Below, one piece after another: positions 16,761 through 26,700 of a stretch of DNA of 64,000 nt (position 1 is the first letter of the stretch; the number at the start of each line of letters is the position of its first letter). The position numbers and the translations under genes are program-made. The notes beneath the pieces are model-generated. The model searched no databases. It saw only the letters and a list, made by a program, of their open reading frames with translations, and was not told the origin of the DNA. Source of the stretch: an uncultured Pelolinea sp. (GTDB lineage Bacteria > Chloroflexota > Anaerolineae > Anaerolineales > Anaerolineaceae); NCBI GenBank assembly GCA_964612815.1, contig CAZTCV010000001.1, positions 392,885-456,884 of the forward strand. Direction: 5' to 3'.

Positions 16761-17669
16761 TTGGTCACAATTGCAGGGGCATCGGCGGCACTCACTGCCG
16801 CAGTTTTTTGGGCATTTTCTGCGATCTTGTTTGAGGACATCTCGCTGAGATTGCAACCGGCACGATTGAATTTATATAAAGGCGCGGTCGCGATCGTTTT
16901 GCTGGCGGCGACATCGGTTGTGCTGGGCGAAAGTATCCCGGCTGTGACGCAAACCGAGATGATCGTCCTGATGGTGAGCGGCGTGATCGGGATCGCGCTG
17001 GGTGACACCGCCTACTTCCAATCGGTGCAGAAGCTGGGGGCAAGGCGGGCGTTGATGCTGTTCACACTGGCACCGCCGATGGCGGCGCTGATCGCGCTGG
17101 TGTTTCTGGGGGAACGGCTGGACCTGATCACATGGGTGGGCATCCTGCTGACAGCGGGGGGTGTGATGTGGGTTGTGACGGAAAACGCACAGGGCGGGGA
17201 AAAGGTGCAGATCAAAAAAGAGGACCTGATCCCGGGTATTTTATTCGGCGCATTCGCGGCGCTGTGCCAGGCGAGCGGGGTGGTGATGACACGTTCGGTG
17301 TTGACGAACACCGCATTGACAACGCTGCAAAGCACGATCGTGCGGCTGGCACCGGCCCTGCTGGCGCTGGTGGTGATCATCCGCATATCGGGAAACCGCA
17401 CGGACCGGCTGGCGGTTATCATACAAGATAAAAAGCTGACGCGATTGGTGTTCCTGTCATCCTTCATTGGCGCGTATATCTGCCTGTGGCTGCAGCAGAT
17501 CGCGATCGAGAATGCCCCAGCAGGGATCGCGCAAACGATGCTTTCGACCAGCCCGATCTTCATTCTGCCGATGATGGCGCTGAGGGGCGAGAAGGTGAGC
17601 CTGCGGGCGGCGACCGGCGCAGCCGCGGCCATATTCGGGATCACACTGGTGTTTGGCCTGATCGGATAA
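16761..17669 (+). CDS. EamA/DMT-family transporter
   Basis: 302 aa, about 10 TM segments, two EamA-like halves. TTG start 9 nt after AAAGGAG. Confidence 0.8.
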   Translation: MVTIAGASAALTAAVFWAFSAILFEDISLRLQPARLNLYKGAVAIVLLAATSVVLGESIPAVTQTEMIVLMVSGVIGIALGDTAYFQSVQKLGARRALMLFTLAPPMAALIALVFLGERLDLITWVGILLTAGGVMWVVTENAQGGEKVQIKKEDLIPGILFGAFAALCQASGVVMTRSVLTNTALTTLQSTIVRLAPALLALVVIIRISGNRTDRLAVIIQDKKLTRLVFLSSFIGAYICLWLQQIAIENAPAGIAQTMLSTSPIFILPMMALRGEKVSLRAATGAAAAIFGITLVFGLIG

Positions 17670-17708
17670 TCATTCGCTGATTCCATCATGATGTTATAGA
17701 ATCAGCGT

Positions 17709-18482
17709 ATGGGCAAAAAGTCATTCTTATTCATCTCACCGCATCTGGATGATGCGGTGTTTTCGTGCGGGGGGTACATTGGCAAATTGTGCGCCCTGGG
17801 TCACCCGGTCATGGTTTTGACGCTATTCAGCGGATCGCCGGCAGGTAAGCTCTCTCTGCTAGCACGCGCGTTGCATGTGGATTGGAACCTGCCAAAGGAC
17901 GCAGCGGCCATCCGGCGCGAGGAAGACAAGCAGGCGCTTGGCGCGCTGGGGGCTGAAGCGCTGCACGCTGGTTTTTTGGACTGTATCTACCGCAGGGACA
18001 GGATGAGCGGCAAGCCAGTATACTCCCGGCTGGGGCAGATCCTGAGACAGGAATCGGTTGAAGAAACGCAGCTAATCGAAGAAGTTGCGGAATATTTAGG
18101 AGACGTTCTGCAAGAGGGAAGATATCAGCACACCTTTGCACCGTTGGGGCTGGGCGGGCACGTGGACCATTTGATCACGCATGCTGCTGCGCGGCTGGCG
18201 CAAAGCAAATGTCCGCGAACGCGCTTCTTTTTCTATGAAGACCTGCCCTACGCGATCAGCGATGCACCGGGTGATGAGCGGACGCGGGGGATGCGCAGTT
18301 TTAGCTGTATCCGCAGAGATGGCAGTGCGCAAAAATGCGCCGCGATGAATCAGTACGTTTCGCAGGTGAAGAGTCCGCACTATTCAGGCGGTATCGATAT
18401 TGCGGCGATCGCGCGGTATGGCATGGATTTCAAAAATAAGCCAGGAGCCCTGACAGAACGTGTTTGGTATTCAATACACTGA
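17709..18482 (+). CDS. PIG-L/LmbE-family N-acetylglucosaminyl deacetylase
   Basis: N-terminal FISPHLDDAVFSCGG (PHxDD motif) and a later HVDH motif. Confidence 0.8.
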   Translation: MGKKSFLFISPHLDDAVFSCGGYIGKLCALGHPVMVLTLFSGSPAGKLSLLARALHVDWNLPKDAAAIRREEDKQALGALGAEALHAGFLDCIYRRDRMSGKPVYSRLGQILRQESVEETQLIEEVAEYLGDVLQEGRYQHTFAPLGLGGHVDHLITHAAARLAQSKCPRTRFFFYEDLPYAISDAPGDERTRGMRSFSCIRRDGSAQKCAAMNQYVSQVKSPHYSGGIDIAAIARYGMDFKNKPGALTERVWYSIH

Positions 18483-18545
18483 AAAGAACTGGCGCGGAAG
18501 GTGGGTTATGATAGAATCGCGCGAGGCAACAACAGGAGAATTTTT

Positions 18546-20036
18546 GTGAAACGAATAATCTGGTTCTTATCCATTTGTTTACTTGTCATCACATCTTTGC
18601 AAACCGTATCGGCCGCACCCAACCCCGATGCGCCATTTGCGGCAGAAGCGTTGGACACATTTATTGAAGCACAGATGCGGCGGCACAACCTGCCCGGGGT
18701 GGCGGTGGCAGTGACAGAGGGGGATGAGATCGTGTATATGAAGGGATTTGGAATGGCGGCCAAAGGGCAGGCAATGACAGCGGACACACCGATGTATATT
18801 GGCTCGCTGAGCAAATCATTCACCGCGCTGGCAATCATGCAGCTGCACGAGCAAGGGAAGCTGGATATCGATAAGCCGGTAAAAACCTACCTGCCGGAAT
18901 TTGTGATCGCAGACGAAGCGGCGATGCGCAGCATCACGATCCGCAACCTGTTGAACCACGCCAGCGGACTTTCTGATTTTAGTTACATCCCGCAGCACGG
19001 GAATGATGTCAGCATCATGGACGGCATCAAAGAAATGGGCGGGGCAGAATTAACTACTCCAATCGGAAGCACATTCCAATATTTCAACAGCAATTACGCA
19101 ATCCTGGGGGCGGTGATCGAAAAAGTGAGCGGAATGCCGTACGGGGAATTCATTCAGGAGAGTATCTACGCACCGCTGGGAATGGAAAACAGTTACACGG
19201 ACCAGTCTGAAGCGGAAAGCGCAGGGCTGCCGAGCGGGTACACAAATGTGTTCGGATTTTCGCTGGCGCGCAAGCAGCCATTCCGGCGATACGACCTGCC
19301 GGGCGGATACCTGATGATGAGCGTGCGTGACCTGAGCAAATACCTGCGGATGCAGGTGAACAATGGAACTTTCAATGGCGTGTCGATTCTGGCACCAGAA
19401 TGGGTTGAGGAGATGCATACGCCGCAAGCGGGGTTGGACGTGCCGTACGGGATGGGGTGGTTCAGTTATGATGATTTTGGGACGCGGCTGATCGAGCACG
19501 GGGGGACGAATGAGAACTTTCATACGTCGGGCATGATATTCCCTGAAAAGGAGATGACGATCGCGATCCTGGTGAACAAGAACAACATCCTGCATGCTTT
19601 ATTCAGCCACCAGAACCTGAATTACGGGGTGAAGGGGATCGCGACCGGGCTGCCGATGCCGAGGGAGGCCATTCCTTTGCGGCTGGTGGGGTATGTGATG
19701 CTGGCGGGGTTCCTGATCAATATAGCAACCTCGGTACGCGTGTTTTTCAAGATGGATGGCTGGATGCAGTCTTTCAAAAAGAAGAAAACGATCGGCCAGG
19801 TGTGGGATATCGGATCGCATTTCATTATCCCCGCGGCCCTGGTTGTGCTTTTGCCAAAGGGCATTGAATTATTCCTGAATCGCGGGTTCACCTGGCAGGC
19901 GGCGTGGTCGCAAGCCCCGGACGGGATGCTGTGGTTGTGGACAGGCATTGTGCTTGACCTTGTGACCGGCACATTAAAGATGATAACGACCACGCGAAAC
20001 AAGCAAGACCTGCCTGATGTGATTGTTGAAAACTGA
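18546..20036 (+). CDS. serine hydrolase (class C beta-lactamase / PBP-like) with C-terminal membrane segments
   Basis: SxxK motif GSLSKSF and YSN-like FNSNYA. Signal peptide after GTG 18546 behind AGGAG. TM helices near the C-terminus. Confidence 0.8.
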   Translation: MKRIIWFLSICLLVITSLQTVSAAPNPDAPFAAEALDTFIEAQMRRHNLPGVAVAVTEGDEIVYMKGFGMAAKGQAMTADTPMYIGSLSKSFTALAIMQLHEQGKLDIDKPVKTYLPEFVIADEAAMRSITIRNLLNHASGLSDFSYIPQHGNDVSIMDGIKEMGGAELTTPIGSTFQYFNSNYAILGAVIEKVSGMPYGEFIQESIYAPLGMENSYTDQSEAESAGLPSGYTNVFGFSLARKQPFRRYDLPGGYLMMSVRDLSKYLRMQVNNGTFNGVSILAPEWVEEMHTPQAGLDVPYGMGWFSYDDFGTRLIEHGGTNENFHTSGMIFPEKEMTIAILVNKNNILHALFSHQNLNYGVKGIATGLPMPREAIPLRLVGYVMLAGFLINIATSVRVFFKMDGWMQSFKKKKTIGQVWDIGSHFIIPAALVVLLPKGIELFLNRGFTWQAAWSQAPDGMLWLWTGIVLDLVTGTLKMITTTRNKQDLPDVIVEN

Positions 20037-20063
20037 AAAAGAAGTGATGATCGAGGAGATGTG

Positions 20064-20705
20064 ATGATGAATAAAGAGAATAATATTTTTACAGCCACAG
20101 CCCAGCATGTTTTGCAGGATGAGATCGCGTCAATGCAAAACCTTGCAGGGGCGATCGGTGATGATTTTGCAGCTGCGTGTGAAGCCGTGATGGGCTGCGG
20201 GGGACGGGTGGTATTCAGCGGTGTGGGACATTCCGGGCATGTGGGCAACAAATCCGCCGCCAGCATGTCGAGCCTGTGCAAGCCGGCCTATTTCCTGCAC
20301 GCCGGCGAAGCGACGCATGGCGACCTGGGGCTGGTGCAGGCGGATGATGTGGTGATATTGATCTCGAACAGCGGGGAGACGAGCGAGGTGCTGCAGATAT
20401 TACCGCGTTTGGAAGCACTGGGCGTGACCATGATCGCGGTGGTTGGCAAAACAGATTCGACGCTGGCAAAACGCTGCCAGATCGTACTGCCGATCGCCGC
20501 GGGCGAGGAAGCGGGTCCATTTAAATTCGCGGGGTCCAGCTCGGCGCTGAACACAATGGCGCTGTGTGACGCGCTGATCATGGCTGTGGCGGCCGCTCAG
20601 GGGCTGACGGAGGAGCAATACCTGCAAGGGCATCCGGGCGGGGCGGTTGGGAAGAAGTTAAAAGATCACATTGAAAGAAAAGGCAACCAGAATTCTATCC
20701 ATTAG
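20064..20705 (+). CDS. SIS-domain sugar-phosphate isomerase (KpsF/KdsD-like, SIS-only, no CBS pair)
   Basis: GVGHSGHVGNKSAASMSSLCKPAYFLHAGEATHGDLGLV, ISNSGETSE and HPGGAVGKKL are typical of arabinose-5-phosphate isomerase SIS domains. Confidence 0.75.
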   Translation: MMNKENNIFTATAQHVLQDEIASMQNLAGAIGDDFAAACEAVMGCGGRVVFSGVGHSGHVGNKSAASMSSLCKPAYFLHAGEATHGDLGLVQADDVVILISNSGETSEVLQILPRLEALGVTMIAVVGKTDSTLAKRCQIVLPIAAGEEAGPFKFAGSSSALNTMALCDALIMAVAAAQGLTEEQYLQGHPGGAVGKKLKDHIERKGNQNSIH

Positions 20706-20728
20706 ATCTAACTACAGGGTGGCCCAAA

Positions 20729-23700
20729 TCAGGGGTTGACAACGCGGGTTTGGACCGCCCTGACAGCGACGCGCCATTGATATTGATCGGTTGATTCCTG
20801 ATATCCTTTGCAGGTGATCAAGGTGAGATTGGCGTAGGGCTGGTCATCAAGGACTGACAGATCGGCAGGGTCAACCCAATGATCGACATCTCGCACCTCA
20901 TAGATATAATCCTGACCCCAGGCATGCAGGATGATGAGATCACCCCAGCGCAAGTTTTCGAGGTTGACAAATGGGCCTGGCTGGCCGTTGGCATCATACA
21001 CATGCGCGGTGATGGCCGTGTTACCCACCCAGGTAGGAAAGGCCGTGCCCTCGAGCCATCCGGCCTGGCCAAACAGCCAGGAAATATCCCATGATCCGCG
21101 ACCATCAGAGGGAATCCCAACGACAGGAAGCTGGACACCCAGAGAAGGGATCTCCAATGACAGATTGGAAAAGTCTGAATACTGATAATTGAATGGCTGC
21201 ACAGGCAGGACGGTGGTTTTACCGGGCGCGAAACCTGTTTCTGGCAGATCGGACGGACGGATATCCCAGGCCATACGCGCCTGTTGGACATTCAACTCGC
21301 CCGGATCATCCACATCCCCATCCCCATTGCGGTCTATGCTGATCGAGGCGATATTGTTTGCGTAGCGTGTACCATCATCAAGCAGAACATTGAAAGTGAT
21401 CAGCATGGCATTCAGCGCAAGATCGGGATCGGTCACGCCAAAATCCGGACCGATCGAGCCTTCCCAAACGATGCGCCCGAGCGGATAATCGATGGTTGGA
21501 CCCTCGTAATAACAGTAAGTGGTTGAAGACGCTGGAGACGATGTGCAGCTAACGCCCCGGGAGGTTGAGCCGATGGGAGCACCAGCAGGCAGGGGGTAGC
21601 CGCTATCAATGCCGTTATCATAGAAGGTTGTGTTATTGGGTATCGGGTCGGACACAACCGCATTGACGCCGACGATATTGGTATCGTTGATCCAAACCAT
21701 GTTCCATTCCAGAATTGGGCGGCCAGCCGCGTCAAAATATTTTTCACCATATGGCGGGTCAAATATTTCAGCGCCAAAATTGGATGGGGTCGGGTCCTGA
21801 TTGTCCGCAGGACTGCCGTTGCCATCGGGATCAGGATCATCACCATTTTGTGAGAGATCGCTCACCGGCCCTTCAATGGGATGGACCGCACTAGCGAGGA
21901 CAGAATTTTCATGCGGGCCGCTGGATGTGGGAATCACACGCACAACGATCGTGAGTGATTTTTCTTCAAACGCGGCCAATGTGTTCCCGGCTGCAAGTAA
22001 ATCCTGGTCCAAATTCCCATCGAAAGAATCATTGACGGAGAGATCCAAACTTTCGATCGATTCAACGGTGAAAGCTGCTGGTGATGGATAGGCCGCATTG
22101 AGATCGTCCTGGGCCTGTAGGTCCTGCAGGGTAACATTGCCATAGTTCTTTAGCCGAATGGTGTAGGTGACATCATAGGTACCAGCACTGACCTTTTCGA
22201 TGCGCATCATTTCTTTCGCGGCGCCGATAACCGGCACCTGGTCAGCAAAAATGGTTTCTTCTGCTGTGTTTGAGGTGGTAGTATCGCCATCGGGATCTCT
22301 TGCAGTCAGGCTGGCACGGTTGGTGATACTTCCATAATCGAGATCTTCCAGGGTGACATTATCAGTTCCGGTACAGGTGAATTGCGCAGATGGCGCGAGC
22401 GATGCCGGATAGGAACAGGATACAGAAGCACGATCATCAGAGAGGACAAAAGGCGCAGTGAGGGTGGATGTGCCGGTATTGGTGATGGTATAGGTGTAAT
22501 TGACAACCTGATCAAACGTGTCATAAATCTCGGACGCAGCAGATTTCTCGATGGTGAGCAGATTGAGGAGGTCTGTGTCGGTTGCGATGTTATTATCGTA
22601 ATCCGGATCGATCAGTCCGGCTGGCGGAACAACGGTCGCTGAATTGATGATGCTGGTCTGCGCGTCCATTGCGATGGCGGCCGTGATGGTGTATGTCACA
22701 TTGACACCAGCGGGAATTGATACAGTGTCGGCAATGTTACCTGTGCCGGAGGCAGTACAGGAAGCGCCAGCGCCCGGGGTGCAGGCCCAGGAGGCGTCTG
22801 TGAGGGATGAAGGCAGGTTGTCATACACTGACGCGTTGATGACGTTTGCCGGGCCATTGTTTGATACAACAACAGTGTAAGTAACCGTTTCACCACGATC
22901 TACTGCTGATACGCCATCATCTTTTGTGACTGAAAGGTCTGCTGCCATATTGACGGTGAGGGTGGCTGTATTGGATGCGACCCCCGTACCGCCATTGGTT
23001 GAAGAAACCGGATCTGTGGTGTTATTAAACACACCGGCATCGGCGGTAACTGGTACAGTGATGACGCAAGCGCCACCGACAGGGATCGTGCCACCGCTGA
23101 ATGAGAGCGTTGTGTCTGCCGGTGACGGGGCAAAAGCCGGAGATCCGCAACCGGAGATTGAAACAGAACCCGCATCCGATACGCGCATACCGGCAGGGAA
23201 AGAATCTGAAAATGCCACACCGACCAGCTCGGTTGTGTTCGCGAGCGGATTTCGAATAGTGATGGTGAGGGTTGTGCTCTCACCCTGGGTCAATGTGGCG
23301 GGAGAAAATGATTTGGTGATGGTGGGGGCGGAAACGACATTAAGTGTATCCTGCGCTGTGTTACCCGTACCGGCATTGCTTGAGGTGACCGCATTGCTGG
23401 TGTTGAGATGGCTTCCGGGCGTTGAGGACGTTACAACCAGGGAAACTGTACAACTGCCTTCAGGAATGATGGACCCATTGGCCAAGGTGAGGCGGTTATT
23501 ACCACTATCATAAGTTACCTGCCCGCCGCACTGGTTTGGCTGAGGCGCATAGGCCGGGGTGACAGCAGCCGGAAGGTTATCTACAAACCCGACACCGGTC
23601 AGTGAAACCACATTGGGATTGGTGATCGTGAATGTGAGGGTTGAGAGCCCGCCGGTTTGGATGGTGTCCGCTGAAAACTCCTTTGCGATGACAGGCGCAA

Positions 23701-26700
23701 TCACTTTATAAACCGTGACGCTATCCTGATTCGAAGTAACAAGATCTCCACCTGAAGCCGCATCCGAGGCCGTGGCGGTGGCGAGGTTGGTGACCAAACC
23801 AGCTGTTACATCGCCCGCAGTGACGGTGTAATTCTGGCTGCATTCAACCACGCCGCCGGGCTGGATGGAGGTAGCAGATCCACAATTCAAAGGATTAAGG
23901 AAATGATCATCGGTGACGGAGAATGGCGCAAATAATGGAACGCTGCCGGCATTGGTCAGTGTATAGGTGTAGCGGATGGTGTTTCCCGCATTGAGGAAGG
24001 ACAGGGTGGTTGTGGATTTTCTTAAGTTCAAAGCCGCCAGTTTTACTGTCACGCTGCTTTCATTTGAAGTGACCAGGTTACTGGATTCATCCCGGGCAGA
24101 AGCGGTGGCAAGGTTGGTGACTGATTTTGCTGTGAAGTCTGCAGCGGTTACTGTGTAATCGGCAGAGCACGCGATGGAGGCCCCTGGATTGAGGTCTGCA
24201 GCAGCGCTACAGGTAATATCTGCGGGGAAGCGGTTATCTGAGACAAGGAAAGGTGCATACAGGACGGCGTCACCGGTGTTGGTGAGCTGGTAATTGTATG
24301 TGATCAGATCGCCAACTTGCTTGTAGTTAGGCGTATTTGTTGATTTAAGCAGCGATAATCCGACGCCATTTACTTCCAGTGTACTTGTTGCTGATCCACC
24401 GCTGCCGCCATTGGAGGAGGTGACCGCATTGGAGGTATTCAAGTAGGACCCAGCATTTGGCGCTGTGACTTCTATTTCCACTGTACAAGACGCACCGACC
24501 GCGATCGTTCCGCCAGAAAGTGACACAGAATTGAGTGTGCTTGATACTGTACCACCGCATTGGGAGGGGAGTGGTTCGGAAGCCCGCAGAACCCCGGTGG
24601 GAAAAATATCACTGAACGCAACGCCAGCCAAAGCAAGCGTGTTCTCAGCCGGGTTAGTCAGTGTAAAAGTCAGGACAGACACACCACCGGCTGTGATGGG
24701 ATTGGGAGTGAATGATTTTTCGATCAGAGGCGGGGCAATTGCCCTTAGAGTCGCTGAAGCTGTATTGCCTGTTCCGCCATTTGTTGAAGACACAGAATCA
24801 CTGGTGTTTTCGAAATCGCCCCCTGCATCTGTTTTAACCGAGATAGTCACCTGGCATGAACTGTTGGCAGCGATCGTGCCGGCTGTGAGGGAGACTGAGT
24901 CCACAGTACTTGAAACGCTGCCACCGCATTGTGAAACGTTTGGAATACTGGCGCGCGTCATGCCTGATGGGAAGGTATCGGTGAAAGCGACACCGGAGAG
25001 GGGCGCATTATTAGGGTTGGTGATCGTAAAGGTTAGCGCAGATGACTGCCCAAGCCGGACCGGGTTAGGTGAAAAAGCTTTGGTGATCTGAGGAGGGTTG
25101 AGGGATTCCTCGACGATGAGCGTATCACAGGTGGGGTCTGCGTTGGTGGCATCCTGCTCGCTATGCAGCTCTCCGGCAGCGATACAGTTCTGATAACTGC
25201 CTGCCGCGGCGGCAACGACATCGACAAGGATGGTGCACTCCTGGCCCGCAGGCAGAACACCATCAGCGAGCGTAAATGTGGCCTCAGTATAAGTTACTGT
25301 GCCTCCGCACTGCACTGATTCTGGCGGGGTTGGGATGGTCAGGCCGGCAGGGAGGGTATCTATAAACCCTAACCCGCTCAGATCGACATTGCCCGTGTTT
25401 TTTATCACAACGGCGACCTGTGAGGTGTTTCCCCCGCCTGATTCGACAGGATTGGTGGTGAAATATTTTGTGAGACTGGCACCGGCTAAATTGGTGAGGG
25501 TGGCGGAAGCGCTTTGCGGATTGTAGGCACCGTTGGCAGATGTAATTCCTGAGGCAGGGATCGTATTCGTCAGGTTTCCGCTGACATCCATTGTGACTTT
25601 AATGGATAATTCGCAATTACTGTTGGCGCTGATGCTGCCACCGCTAAAGGAGAAGGAATTCTGCCCCGCGACTGCGGTGATCGTACCGCCACAGGTGCCG
25701 GTTGATGCCTGGGCGGGCGAAGCAATATGCATGCCTCCCAAGTTTTCCGGATCTGTACTTTGCGGCAGATCGTCGGTAAACGCGATACCATTAATCGCGG
25801 AATTATTCGGATTTGTGAGGCGAATGGTCATGGTGGATGCGGCTCCACCAAATACTGTGAGAGGATTGAATGTTTTCACGACTTGAATGAGTAATTCGTT
25901 TACGGATAAGGTCGCATCGGCACGGGCAGGATTGGTGATAGTAATACCCAAACCCTGTAGAACACCAGAAACCTGACCGATGTTAATACGGTTGAGATGA
26001 TTTCCAACCGTGATCCCTTTGACATCCACATTTACAGTGCAAATACCCGGGACACTACCGATCTGTGAAGGAATTTTTGCATCTGTCATTGAGATGGATG
26101 TGCCGAGCGATGGCGCAGTGATGATGCCATCGACGCAGGTGGTGGAGATGTTGGGAGTATCCGCGATGACGATTCCGGCCGGGAGATTATCGGTCAGAGA
26201 AACATTTTCCAGCTGGCGGTCATTGGTATTCTGCAACACGATTGAAAGGGTGGAAATGCCCTGAATATTGACAGATCCGGGGAAGAAAGATTTGCTGACG
26301 GAGATACCGCTGACGGTTAATGTACGGGAAAAGCTTGAAGATGTGGTCTGGTTCTGGTCGTTGGTGATGTTGGCAGGGGAAATGATGTTGTTATAGGTTC
26401 CTGCCGTGTCGGATGTGACGTATACATACAATATGCATTGCCTGCCAGCAGCAATCGAACCGCCCGAATAGGTTACGATCGTGTCTCCCGCAGAAGGCGC
26501 GAAAGTACCACCGAGACAATTCGCATTCTTTGTGGCTGCAGGAGGAGAAGCGACCCTGACACCGGCCGGCAGCGCGTCGGTGATGCTGAAGTTGGTGAGG
26601 TTTTGATCGGCAGGCGCTGTAATATTGATGGAAAGACGCGACTCCCCTTCCACAGGAATTGTGCTGGGACTGAAATTCTTCGAGGCAGAAACGCCTTTGC

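Noticed and set aside
17012-17689. 225 aa antisense ORF covering the EamA transporter gene, and similar antisense ORFs at 19622-20281, 50355-51416, 53078-53992 and 58304-59281.
   Set aside because: They are mirror-frame artefacts opposite well-supported genes (transporter, GH4, EIIC) and have no family motifs.
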